Origin: Clostridiales bacterium
GTDB taxonomy: Bacteria > Bacillota > Clostridia > Acetivibrionales > RGIG10202
Length of the DNA: 64,000 nucleotides
Reading direction: 5' to 3'
Assembly (NCBI GenBank): GCA_017961515.1
Contig: JAGCXC010000094.1
Span: 9,222 to 73,221, forward strand
The position numbers were made by a program, and so were the translations under genes. This document shows, one piece after another, positions 9,798 through 19,602 of the stretch (position 1 is its first letter; every line of letters begins with the position of its first letter). A model generated the notes under the pieces. It worked only from the letters and a program-made list of their open reading frames with translations. It had not been told where the DNA came from and did not search any database.

Positions 9798-11468
9798 ATG
9801 TTTGGTAAAATTGCTACATGTGCGTTAAATAAATCTTTGAGAGACGATCCTTTTAGAGATACCCTAGATAATGCAATATCTTGTGGTAACTATGCCACCG
9901 TTAAATCTTTTTTAGATAGAGGAGCTATGCTTAACTTAGATATTAGCAATACAAAATCTTGTCTTAATATAGTTATTTTGAATAAGGACATCAAAACTTT
10001 GTATGTTCTATTAAATCATATAATATACAGAACAGAAAATGCTACATGTTTGTACGATAAAAAAGTTTCATCTTTGTTAACTACTTCAGACATTTCTAAA
10101 AAGTCCCCTATACGTACAGCTATAGATATGTTTTTATCATCTAGTTCTTTTGATGATAAAAAATTTTTCAAGCAATGCATTAAATTGCTTTATAATAACC
10201 CGTTATTCGATAAAAATAATTCTGAATTGTTTAATACTAATTGGAAAACAACTTCCAATTATTTCTTAGAATATAATCAATCTCTTTTGAAATCAGTTGA
10301 AAATTATGTACTTGATACCAAAGATCGAGAATTAATACAATTTTTCATAGAAAATGGATTAAACTATGTAGATAGCGCTATATTATGCGTTAATCCTAGC
10401 TTTTACTCACACTCAGCCATAATTATCAAATTTAACAAGCCAATTAAATTTAGAGATTCACTAGAAAATGTGGCAGGTATACTATATAGTTTCGCTCTTA
10501 AGGGAAAAACTGACAATTCTAAAATAACTTTTTGGGATAGAAATTTACATTCATTAGAACAAATAAAAAGTTTTATACTATCATGCAATGCTTATATGCA
10601 TAGAATATTTCTTACATCTCATGATTTTTCAAAAATGGACAAGTTTAGCGGCAATTCTATATTTGACTGTTCTTTGGTAGAGTCATCTTATGTTCATGAG
10701 AGTGTTTCATCTACATTCAATATTTTAAAAAACCTTAGAAAAGTTCCTGATTCCTCTTGGATAAGGCTTAATCCATTACTGAAAGAATTTACATCAAATG
10801 TTGAAAAAATGTCTTATTTGTTTAGTCTCTACAACTCTAATGCTATAAATTTTGCTTCAAAAGACAAAATTTCAGATTATTCTTTTGATTCAGGATGCCT
10901 TGTATTAAATTTAAATAATACAGGAAAAAGTGTCTATGAATTTATATGGGAAAAGCCAAAACGTCTTAATTTATCCCACGATCAAAAACTTGACATCATA
11001 GAAAAATTTCTTAATATGGAATGTTTAAAAGTTCTAAAAGAAAACTCTATACTATCAGTGGATTCTATTACATTTTCATTAGATGACTTTTACAAATTGC
11101 CAAGAACATATCCAAATGACTTACATGAAAAATTTTATTACCCAAAAACTCTTAAGCTTGATCTTAATTTTGATCCTTCAACTTCTGCCTTAAGAGATGC
11201 TGCAACCGTAGCACAGTGTGGTTATAAAATGATGTCTATGTTAGAAAATTTTAATATTCATTTAGAAACTTACTCTTTCTTTAGAAAAAACTGTGTAACC
11301 ACTCTAAAGCAGATTCTGTCTGAATGCGGCTATAAAGATCATATAGATCAATTGGATAAAAATCTTAACATATTTCAAAAAATACATCCTCTAACTGTAG
11401 TCACAAGACTTCAGCGATTGATTAAGAAAAAAAGTAAAAACCTTATCAAAGGAAAAGATATGGTTTAA
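9798..11468 (+). CDS. Hypothetical protein (556 aa), Ser/Asn/Lys-rich, with one ANK-like N-terminal unit and a C-terminal Y..FF..NC.T motif
   Basis: ATG at 9798 follows AAGGAG by 7 nt. The ORF-track start at 9759 overlaps the -10 box. The N-terminus DTLDNAISCGNYATVKSFLDRGAMLNLD resembles a single ankyrin unit. No family is recognised for the rest. It is the only plus-strand gene in the first 34 kb. Confidence 0.7.
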   Translation: MFGKIATCALNKSLRDDPFRDTLDNAISCGNYATVKSFLDRGAMLNLDISNTKSCLNIVILNKDIKTLYVLLNHIIYRTENATCLYDKKVSSLLTTSDISKKSPIRTAIDMFLSSSSFDDKKFFKQCIKLLYNNPLFDKNNSELFNTNWKTTSNYFLEYNQSLLKSVENYVLDTKDRELIQFFIENGLNYVDSAILCVNPSFYSHSAIIIKFNKPIKFRDSLENVAGILYSFALKGKTDNSKITFWDRNLHSLEQIKSFILSCNAYMHRIFLTSHDFSKMDKFSGNSIFDCSLVESSYVHESVSSTFNILKNLRKVPDSSWIRLNPLLKEFTSNVEKMSYLFSLYNSNAINFASKDKISDYSFDSGCLVLNLNNTGKSVYEFIWEKPKRLNLSHDQKLDIIEKFLNMECLKVLKENSILSVDSITFSLDDFYKLPRTYPNDLHEKFYYPKTLKLDLNFDPSTSALRDAATVAQCGYKMMSMLENFNIHLETYSFFRKNCVTTLKQILSECGYKDHIDQLDKNLNIFQKIHPLTVVTRLQRLIKKKSKNLIKGKDMV

Positions 11469-11588
11469 TCGTAAAATTTGCACGCAAAAAAGTAGACTTC
11501 TTTTGTAGCCCCTTTAGAGGGCAAACAGTTAACATCAATCTTATAGCCACAAAACAAACCACCGATTAAACCAGTGATGATGATTATT

Positions 11589-12809
11589 CTAAGCTTTTTT
11601 CTCTAACATAGAATACCTTGAAACTTTTTTATCCATTTTTATGTAAACTATCATTTGTGGATGTGGAGCAACATCTATACTCTCCATATTCTCATCCCAC
11701 ATTTCTTTTATCTCTTGGCAAAATTTCGTGCCATCCGGGTTCATCACCTCTATACTATCCCCTAGCATAAATCTATTTCTTTGTTCTACTTTTGCGATAT
11801 GAGTAAACTCATCGTACTCTAGCGCCATTCCTAAAAACTCATAGTCCCTTATATATGTACTTGTGTTATATATCTGTTCATTCCCATCCGGCTTTCTATC
11901 AAAAAATCCAGTTGTATATGCTCTATGGCTTGCTCGCGAAACTTCCTCTACTAGCGATTTATCAACTATATAATTTTCAGGATCTTTATAATATGCATCT
12001 ATTGCCTTTCTATATGCACCAACTACTGTTGCAACATAAAAAGCGCTCTTCATTCTACCTTCAATCTTAAGACTAGATACTTTTGCCTTTATTATTTCTG
12101 GTATGCGTTCTATCAAGCACAAATCTTTTGAATTATAAATGTAAGTACCCTTTTCATCCTCAAATACTGGCATGTACTCACCTGGTCTTTTCTCTTCCAT
12201 TAAATAATACTTCCATCTACAAGGATGCGCACACTGACCCTTATTGGAATCTCTACTGGCCATATAATTACTCAAAAGACATCGTCCTGAGTAGGATATA
12301 CACATAGCACCATGCACAAACATCTCAAGTTCCAAGTCCTCTTTTGTATTATCACGAATCTCTTTTATCTCCTCAAATGACAACTCTCGGGCCAATACTA
12401 CTCTTTTTACACCCATACTATGCCAAAAATTTGCACTTTTGTAATTTGTATTATTAGCTTGTGTACTAAGGTGGATCTCCATGTTGGGAGCATTTTCTTT
12501 TACTATACTAAACACACCTGGGTCAGACACCAATACCGCATCTACTCCTACTTTTGCTACCTCCTTTATGTAGCTATCCATGCCCGCTAAATCACTATTA
12601 TGAGGTATGATATTCATTGTAAGATAAACTTTTTTGCCTCTTTCATGTGCAAAAGAAACTCCCTCTCTCATTTCTTGCAACGAAAAATTATCTGCATACT
12701 CCCTTAATCCAAATTTTTCTCCACCTATATAAACCGCGTCAGCTCCGTAAGATATCGCAATCTTCAATTTTTCCAAATTCCCTGCTGGTGCTAATAATTC
12801 AACTTTCAT
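11589..12809 (-). CDS. Peptidase U32 family protein (YrrN/YrrO, TrhP-like)
   Basis: U32 signature EMFVHGAMCISYSGRCLLSNY and N-terminal ELLAPAGN..KL. It overlaps the upstream methyltransferase stop by 4 nt (ATGA). Confidence 0.9.
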   Translation of the reverse strand: MKVELLAPAGNLEKLKIAISYGADAVYIGGEKFGLREYADNFSLQEMREGVSFAHERGKKVYLTMNIIPHNSDLAGMDSYIKEVAKVGVDAVLVSDPGVFSIVKENAPNMEIHLSTQANNTNYKSANFWHSMGVKRVVLARELSFEEIKEIRDNTKEDLELEMFVHGAMCISYSGRCLLSNYMASRDSNKGQCAHPCRWKYYLMEEKRPGEYMPVFEDEKGTYIYNSKDLCLIERIPEIIKAKVSSLKIEGRMKSAFYVATVVGAYRKAIDAYYKDPENYIVDKSLVEEVSRASHRAYTTGFFDRKPDGNEQIYNTSTYIRDYEFLGMALEYDEFTHIAKVEQRNRFMLGDSIEVMNPDGTKFCQEIKEMWDENMESIDVAPHPQMIVYIKMDKKVSRYSMLEKKA

Positions 12810-13471
12810 AGATAATCCTCTCCACTTCTTGCAAATTTCAAAAAACTAAGTGCCACTCCGTCGCCTATAGGTATTATAGCTGTCTCCATTGACGCATCAT
12901 TACATATAGAATGCGCGTACTCCCTAAGCTTTCGTATTAATGTCTTCTTTCTTTTGTCCACAAGCTCATCACTTGCTACCATACCTTTGTATAAGACATT
13001 ATCAGACATTATAATCGCACCATCATTTAGTTTATTCCTTGCTCCTTCTAAAAATTCAAAATACTGCCCCTTCGCCGCATCAATAAACAACATATCGTAT
13101 TTCGCATCAATGTCTAGCAAAACTTCTCTTGCATCACCTAAAATAACATTTATCTTATTATCCAAATTAGCCCGCTTTATATTTTCTCTCGCTTTAGTCG
13201 CCATTTCATCATTTATCTCTATGGTATCTATCATACCACCTTCCTCTAACACCTGCGACATGGTAATAGCAGAATACCCTATTGCAGTGCCAATCTCTAA
13301 AATACGCTTGGGCCTCTTAATCATTCCTACCACAATAATAAACCTTGCCACCTCAGGAAGCACAATTGGCACATGCCGATCCTTAGCATATTCCTCCATC
13401 TCTTTTAATATATCTACCGACTTTGGAATCATATCTCTTATATAATTATTTATGTAATCGTAACAAATCAT
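12806..13471 (-). CDS. trmR: SAM-dependent O-methyltransferase, family 3 (YrrM/TrmR-like)
   Basis: Class I methyltransferase motif ILEIGTAIGYS. Has the mltG-yrrM-U32 gene order known from Bacillus subtilis (yrrL-yrrM-yrrN-yrrO). The symbol is inferred from context. Confidence 0.7.
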   Translation of the reverse strand: MICYDYINNYIRDMIPKSVDILKEMEEYAKDRHVPIVLPEVARFIIVVGMIKRPKRILEIGTAIGYSAITMSQVLEEGGMIDTIEINDEMATKARENIKRANLDNKINVILGDAREVLLDIDAKYDMLFIDAAKGQYFEFLEGARNKLNDGAIIMSDNVLYKGMVASDELVDKRKKTLIRKLREYAHSICNDASMETAIIPIGDGVALSFLKFARSGEDYL

Positions 13472-13480
13472 ACTATTCTC

Positions 13481-14569
13481 CTATTCATTCACTTTTTTAA
13501 TCGCCCTCATATGTTCTTCGTTTGTAGTGGAAAAAATATGCCCACCATCCTTTTTTGCAACAAAATAGTAGTAATCATTCTTTTCTGGATAAAGCACCGC
13601 TTCTATAGATGCCTTACCTGGGCAACATATGGGTCCTACTGGCAATCCCTCATTTAAATATGTATTATACGGGCTATCTATTTGTGTGTCACTTATACTA
13701 AGTACTGGCTTAGTTATACCATACTTGTTATACAATACATATTGTACAGTAGCACAAGACTGCAACTTTTTCATATCGGTACTATTTAATCTATTATAAA
13801 AAACTCCAGCTATTTTCCTTCTGTCAGATGGCAATTTTGCTTCCTTTTCCACAATAGATGCTAAAGTTATAACGTCTTGAATAGTCATATTCATTCTTTT
13901 TGCCCTAGTATAATACTCCTTTTCAAACTTCTTATCAAAATTTCTAAGAAACTTGTTTATAACATCCTTTGCCGATTCTGTAGCCATAAACTCATATGTG
14001 TCAGGAAATAAATATCCTTCAATCCACATGTTCTTTCCTCTCACATCATCCAAAAATTCATAATCAAAATATTCTTCATTAACTGCTCTTATAAATTCTT
14101 GTTCCCTTACTACTCCCTTACTAACTAATATGTCAACTATTTGCTTGTAGCAACTACCTTCCGGTATAGTTACCCTTACACAAACAGACTTCCCAGATAA
14201 TGCATTCATTATCTGGGCATAAGAATAATCTTTTGATATTATGTGCATACCAGCCTGGTACCTACCATCGTATCCATGTATCCTGGATACGATTCTAAAC
14301 ACCAGTCTGCTTTTTATAACACCTGCATCAAACAAATTTTCTGCTATTTGCCTTGTCCCAGCTCCATACGGTACATTAAATCTAACAACATCAGAAACAT
14401 TCGCACGAGCCAGCATACTTAAGTTATATACATCGCTTTTAGCATACTTATACGATAAACAACTCAACACCACTGCCGCTACAAGCACTCCGATACAGTA
14501 GATTTTCCTAAATTTCGACTTCCTTGTAATATCTCTTTGCTCATCTAACTCGTTTAAATCGTTCATCAT
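13481..14569 (-). CDS. mltG: Endolytic murein transglycosylase MltG (YceG family)
   Basis: N-terminal TM anchor and YceG-like domain (ASIVEKEA, YNTYLNEGLPVGPICCPG). Confidence 0.9.
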   Translation of the reverse strand: MMNDLNELDEQRDITRKSKFRKIYCIGVLVAAVVLSCLSYKYAKSDVYNLSMLARANVSDVVRFNVPYGAGTRQIAENLFDAGVIKSRLVFRIVSRIHGYDGRYQAGMHIISKDYSYAQIMNALSGKSVCVRVTIPEGSCYKQIVDILVSKGVVREQEFIRAVNEEYFDYEFLDDVRGKNMWIEGYLFPDTYEFMATESAKDVINKFLRNFDKKFEKEYYTRAKRMNMTIQDVITLASIVEKEAKLPSDRRKIAGVFYNRLNSTDMKKLQSCATVQYVLYNKYGITKPVLSISDTQIDSPYNTYLNEGLPVGPICCPGKASIEAVLYPEKNDYYYFVAKKDGGHIFSTTNEEHMRAIKKVNE

Positions 14570-14589
14570 AATATAACCTCTTTTATATA

Positions 14590-16416
14590 TTAGTTTTTAT
14601 TTCTTGCCTGAAACTTTGCCCTTTGCTCTGTGTTCAAAATCTTCTTCCTCATCCTTATATTTTCTGGGGTTATCTCTACCAATTCATCATCACCTATAAA
14701 CTCAAGGCACTGCTCCAAACTCATCACTCTAGGTGGCACTAATCTTAGTGCTTCATCTGCTCCTGATGCTCTCATATTAGTAACATGTTTTCTCTTACAA
14801 ACATTTATTACTATATCCTCTTGTCGTGCGTTTTCTCCTACTATCATGCCCTCATATACCTTCACTCCGGGCACTATAAACAAACTTCCCCTCTCTTGCG
14901 CATTGAACAAGCCATAAGTTACAGCCTCTCCATCTTCCCACGCAACCATGGATCCTCTTTGCCTTACCTGAATATCTCCTTTATATGGTTCAAATCCACT
15001 AAATAAGTGATTCATTATTCCATTTCCTTTTGTGTCAGTCATAAGCTCTGATCTATATCCTATCAGGCATCTCGATGGTATCTTAAACTCTAGCCTCATA
15101 TATCCACCATTAGCTGATGTCATATTGACCATCTCTGCCTTTCTCATACCGAGCTTTTCCATAACAACTCCCATAAATTCTTCCGGAACATCTATTATAA
15201 GATACTCCATAGGCTCATGTACCTTCCCATCTATTTCTTTTAAAATTACTGCTGGCTTGGATACCTGGAATTCATAGCCTTGTCTTCTCATTGTCTCTAT
15301 CAATATAGACAAATGCAATTCCCCTCTACCTGATACTTTAAATGAATCAGGAGAATCTGTTTCTTCAACCCTTAAACTCAAATTGGTCTCAAGTTCTTTA
15401 TAGAGTCTATCTCTTACATGTCTTGATGTAACAAATGTCCCTTCTCTACCTGCAAATGGACTGTTGTTAACACTAAACGTCATAGATAATGTTGGCTCAT
15501 CTATATCAATAAATGGTAGCGGATCCGGGCAATCGGCCGAACATATAGTCTCACCTATTGTTATATCTCCTACTCCCGACACAGCTATTATATCACCCAC
15601 TTTTGAATCGCTAACTTCTACTCTCTTTAAGCCCTCGAAAGTATATAGCTTGCCTATCTTAGTTGCATCATTATTACCATTTTTTCTACATATAACGGCC
15701 GGCATTCCAACCTTTATTTCTCCTCTTTCTACCTTTCCTATAGCAATTCTTCCAACATACTCATCATAATCTATACTAGATACCAAAACTTGTAATTCAC
15801 CATTCTCATCCCCCTTAGGCGATGGAACTTTATCTAGTATTGTTTCAAATAGTGGCTTTAAATCTTTCTTATCATCCCCTAAATCGTACACAGCATAGCC
15901 ATCTCTCGCCGATGCATACACAACCGGGAACTCTATTTGATCATCATCTGCACCAAGCTCTATAAATAGCTCCAGCACTTCATCTAATACTTCACTAGGT
16001 CTTGCTTCTGGCCTATCTATTTTATTAACAACAACTATCGGCTTCAAATTTAACTGAAGCGCCTTTTTTAGCACAAAACGAGTCTGTGGCATTGTACCCT
16101 CAAATGCATCTACCAAAAGAAGTACACCATCTACCATTTTTAAAACACGCTCAACTTCTCCTCCGAAATCCGCATGCCCTGGTGTATCTACAATATTTAT
16201 CTTTGTTTTGTTGTACCATACTGCAGTATTTTTAGCTAATATTGTAATTCCTCTCTCTTTCTCTAGATCATTTGAATCCATAACTCTTTCTGCAACTTGT
16301 TCATTCGCTCTAAATGTACCACTTTGTCTTAACAGACCATCAACTAATGTAGTCTTACCATGGTCTACATGGGCAATTATTGCCACGTTTCTAATATTTT
16401 CTTTCAAAGTACTCAT
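14590..16416 (-). CDS. typA: Translational GTPase TypA/BipA
   Basis: G-domain AIIAHVDHGKTTLVD, DTPGHADFGGEV, NKIDR, and a BipA-specific C-terminal domain; 608 aa. Confidence 0.96.
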   Translation of the reverse strand: MSTLKENIRNVAIIAHVDHGKTTLVDGLLRQSGTFRANEQVAERVMDSNDLEKERGITILAKNTAVWYNKTKINIVDTPGHADFGGEVERVLKMVDGVLLLVDAFEGTMPQTRFVLKKALQLNLKPIVVVNKIDRPEARPSEVLDEVLELFIELGADDDQIEFPVVYASARDGYAVYDLGDDKKDLKPLFETILDKVPSPKGDENGELQVLVSSIDYDEYVGRIAIGKVERGEIKVGMPAVICRKNGNNDATKIGKLYTFEGLKRVEVSDSKVGDIIAVSGVGDITIGETICSADCPDPLPFIDIDEPTLSMTFSVNNSPFAGREGTFVTSRHVRDRLYKELETNLSLRVEETDSPDSFKVSGRGELHLSILIETMRRQGYEFQVSKPAVILKEIDGKVHEPMEYLIIDVPEEFMGVVMEKLGMRKAEMVNMTSANGGYMRLEFKIPSRCLIGYRSELMTDTKGNGIMNHLFSGFEPYKGDIQVRQRGSMVAWEDGEAVTYGLFNAQERGSLFIVPGVKVYEGMIVGENARQEDIVINVCKRKHVTNMRASGADEALRLVPPRVMSLEQCLEFIGDDELVEITPENIRMRKKILNTEQRAKFQARNKN

Positions 16417-16469
16417 TTCTTATCACCTTTTATCTCCTTCAAAATATCTTAAAATTATGCAATCATCTC

Positions 16470-16498
16470 ATTGTACGATTTTTTTTGCAAAATGTCAA
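16470..16498 (-). promoter_or_regulatory. Consensus sigma-A promoter for typA
   Basis: On the minus strand: TTGACA (16498-16493), a 17-nt spacer, then TACAAT (16475-16470). It overlaps the stop codon of the upstream ORF. Confidence 0.75.
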
Positions 16499-17274
16499 GA
16501 TATTATACATCCCATATCTTTACCTTTTTGGGAGTTTCTTTCTTTTTTTATATCAAGCTTTACACCTTTTTCTATATTCCTTAGCTCTACAACAGCGTCT
16601 ATATCTTTCAATGTTAATCTTTTTTCTATTTTTTCTTCACCTTTTTGTTTGTTATAAATATCTATTAATGTAGGATCCATCCCACTTGCAGGTAAAATAG
16701 TTCTATTATCATCAAGTGATATTATATCAAAATTTTCTTTTATATCGTTTATAAACTTGTCCACTCCTTTTGTGTCTAAAGTTCTTGCTATGGTTTCCTT
16801 TTGACGCAATAAGCCATTTCTAGCTTGCTCCAAATTACGCACTTTCTCCTGATCGTTTTTTCTTATTTCTGATCCATTTTCACCGTAAAAACTTCTTTCA
16901 GTAATACCCATCATATTTAAAGCAATGTCGTAATCTCTAAATAGCTTCACTCTTCTATTTATCCCATCAACAACAACATCAAGTGATTTATTAATTTCAT
17001 TTGCTACAATATTATCAATTTGAGCATCATATTGAGGTTTGTATTCTACATCATTTATTCTACTACTAAGCGCTTTTAATCCTCTTAACAAAAGACACGC
17101 ATTCCTTTTAGTTAACTCTTTTATTTTATCTTTCACCTCAAACAATTCTTCATTTAAGGCATCTCTATATTTGTAAGCACTCGCCACCCTATTAATTGAT
17201 TCATCAAGCATAGCCACATTTAAATCTTGTATTTTTGCATCAACTGATTTTAATAATTCTTCTACATTTACCAT
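16495..17274 (-). CDS. Hypothetical helical / coiled-coil protein (259 aa), last gene of the ankyrin block
   Basis: Long ORF with AGGAGGGG upstream. Charged, heptad-like composition and no recognisable family motif. Confidence 0.6.
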   Translation of the reverse strand: MVNVEELLKSVDAKIQDLNVAMLDESINRVASAYKYRDALNEELFEVKDKIKELTKRNACLLLRGLKALSSRINDVEYKPQYDAQIDNIVANEINKSLDVVVDGINRRVKLFRDYDIALNMMGITERSFYGENGSEIRKNDQEKVRNLEQARNGLLRQKETIARTLDTKGVDKFINDIKENFDIISLDDNRTILPASGMDPTLIDIYNKQKGEEKIEKRLTLKDIDAVVELRNIEKGVKLDIKKERNSQKGKDMGCIIS

Positions 17275-17375
17275 AATATTCCCCTCCTCTTTCTTTATAA
17301 CAAAACTATCTCCTTTCTTATTCCTCGTATATACATAAAAATCCTTTTTTTATAAAGATTTTTTTTGCAATTTAA

Positions 17376-18299
17376 CTAACTATCTATCACCTTATTTTTA
17401 GACCTACTTATGTATTGACTAATGTTTTGAATTATACCCATCTCAAACTCTCTTCTTGCTGCCTTTATAAATCCCACAATTTGTTTTCTTATGTTGTCAA
17501 TTTTATTAACTTCTTTGGGTGCTCTGTTCCCTTTTTTCATTTCATTCAACTTTGGAAGTAATATCTTTAAAGAATTTGCAAAGTTATTGGCCCAATCTGC
17601 TTTTACATTTTTTTCTATTATTCTATTTACCTCCATGTTTGAAACCACTTTATTATGATTCCTCCAATATGTCTCGAAAAATTTACCCAAATCATCTAAT
17701 CTTTCAACATCGTTTAAATATATAGCTTTCATTAAATTTAATACTGGATATTCTTCTGTTACATCCTCATTTATATAATCCAGATACTTTTCAAGTTTTA
17801 AAATACTTGCTCCATGCTCTATAAGATATTCAGACATTTCCATATTTCTACTAAGCCATGCTCTCGTTAACGGAGTAAAACCTTTGTTATTACTAACATT
17901 AACTTGTGCTCCTTTTTCCACCAAGCACTTCACTGCCTCCATTTTTCCTCTAATACACGCTATCATCAATGGAGTAAAACCGTCTTTATCTTTCACGTCA
18001 ACCTGCGCTCCTTTTTCCACCAAATAATTTACTAATTCCTTATTCCATTTACCAAAAGCGTGTCCTAATGAATTAAATCCATCTTTATCTCTCACATTTA
18101 CTTTTGCCCCTTTTCCCACTAAAAACTTTACTAATTCCAAATCTCCATTCCCTGATGCATACATCAATGGGGTATAACCAGCTTTGTCAGCAATATTAAC
18201 TTTTACCCCTCTTTCTAATAAAATTTCTACTTCTCTTTTATCTCCTAAAATACAAGCTCTTAACATTAATTCCTCTGGTGTAAATTTTGACTTTTTCAT
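17376..18299 (-). CDS. Ankyrin-repeat protein, paralog A (307 aa): ~5 ANK repeats plus the conserved C-terminal module
   Basis: ANK units (GYTPLMYASGNGDLELVKFLVGKGAKVNV and others). The C-terminal module lies at 17379-17759 (EEYPVLNLMKAIY...KFFETYWRNHN...FANSLKILLPKLNEMKK...KIDNIRKQIVGFIKAARREFE). Confidence 0.9.
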   Translation of the reverse strand: MKKSKFTPEELMLRACILGDKREVEILLERGVKVNIADKAGYTPLMYASGNGDLELVKFLVGKGAKVNVRDKDGFNSLGHAFGKWNKELVNYLVEKGAQVDVKDKDGFTPLMIACIRGKMEAVKCLVEKGAQVNVSNNKGFTPLTRAWLSRNMEMSEYLIEHGASILKLEKYLDYINEDVTEEYPVLNLMKAIYLNDVERLDDLGKFFETYWRNHNKVVSNMEVNRIIEKNVKADWANNFANSLKILLPKLNEMKKGNRAPKEVNKIDNIRKQIVGFIKAARREFEMGIIQNISQYISRSKNKVIDS

Positions 18300-18411
18300 A
18301 TTGCCTTCCCTTCTTGTTTTATAATAGTCGCCAATACATTCTACATTACCTGGCGTTTTTGCTCAATTACTTATAACCAAAAACTTCATATTTATCTGAA
18401 TATTTTTTTAT

Positions 18412-19521
18412 CTACATTGATCTTCCTTTATCCTTACCCCTAATTTCGTTAATATTTTGAATTACACCAATCTCGCGCTCTCTTCTTTCTGTCTTTATAA
18501 ATTCAATAATTTGTTTTCTTATATTTTCAATTTTATCAAGTTCACTTTTTGCTCTACTTTCCTTTTTCATCTCGTCTAATTTAGGAAGTAATCTCTTCAT
18601 TGAATTAGCAAAATTATTAGTAAAATCTGCTTTCATTGTCCTTTCTAGCATCCTTCCCGACTTCCCTCTTGCACTTACTATATTATGATTTCTCCAATAC
18701 CCTTCAAAGAACTTGTTTAGGTCTGATATTTCCTCTAAGTCTTTTGTATATAAAGCCTTCACAAAATGCAATATTGGATATTCTTCTGTAGGATAATCAA
18801 TATAATTCGTATATTCTTCTAAGCCTAAAATGTCCGCTCCTTTTTCTAATAAATACTCAATCATTTTAGGATCTGCAAAATCCTCTTCTGTTAACTTAAT
18901 TAATATAGTTGCTCCATTTATATCCCGTGCATTAACATCTGCTCCCATATCTACTAAATACTTTACTATTTCCATGTTATTTATCTCACACGCACGCATT
19001 AAAGGAGTAGTTAAATTTTCATCTTTAGCATTAACGTTTGCTCCTTTATTTATCAAATATTTTACTGTTTTTAAATTGCCATACTCACATGCATACATTA
19101 ATGAGTCAATACCAAATTCATTACTTTCATTAATATCCAATTTCTTTTCTTCTACCAAATATTTTACTATAGCTAATTCTTTGCTTGAACAAGCGTTGAT
19201 CAATGACGTGTTATTAAACTGATCCTTTTCGTTAATATTGGCACCTTTCCCCTCAAGATATTTTACTATCTTTAAGTTTCCTCCTTTACACGCACTCATA
19301 ATTACAGTTCTTCCAAATTGATCCTTTGCATTAATATCTGCTCCGTTTTCAACCAAGTACTTTACCAATTCATAATTACCACTACCACACGCAAACATAA
19401 GTGGTGTATTTTCAAAAGAATTTTTCACATTAACATTTACCTTATTTTGAACTAAACGCTCCACTTCGGTTATATCCCCGTATCTACACAATTCTAATAA
19501 TTTTTCTTCTTCATTTGTCAT
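18412..19521 (-). CDS. Ankyrin-repeat protein, paralog B (369 aa): ~7 ANK repeats plus the conserved C-terminal module
   Basis: ANK units throughout. The C-terminal module lies at 18451-18789 (EEYPILHFVKALY...KFFEGYWRNHN...FANSMKRLLPKLDEMKK...KIENIRKQIIEFIKTERRERE). GAGGAG RBS. Confidence 0.9.
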   Translation of the reverse strand: MTNEEEKLLELCRYGDITEVERLVQNKVNVNVKNSFENTPLMFACGSGNYELVKYLVENGADINAKDQFGRTVIMSACKGGNLKIVKYLEGKGANINEKDQFNNTSLINACSSKELAIVKYLVEEKKLDINESNEFGIDSLMYACEYGNLKTVKYLINKGANVNAKDENLTTPLMRACEINNMEIVKYLVDMGADVNARDINGATILIKLTEEDFADPKMIEYLLEKGADILGLEEYTNYIDYPTEEYPILHFVKALYTKDLEEISDLNKFFEGYWRNHNIVSARGKSGRMLERTMKADFTNNFANSMKRLLPKLDEMKKESRAKSELDKIENIRKQIIEFIKTERREREIGVIQNINEIRGKDKGRSM

Positions 19522-19602
19522 ATAACATCTCCTCTTTTCTTTTTATTTTCATCTCCTTTTCATATGTATGTATAAAAAAAATTTCTGTCTAAAGGATTTA
19601 TT

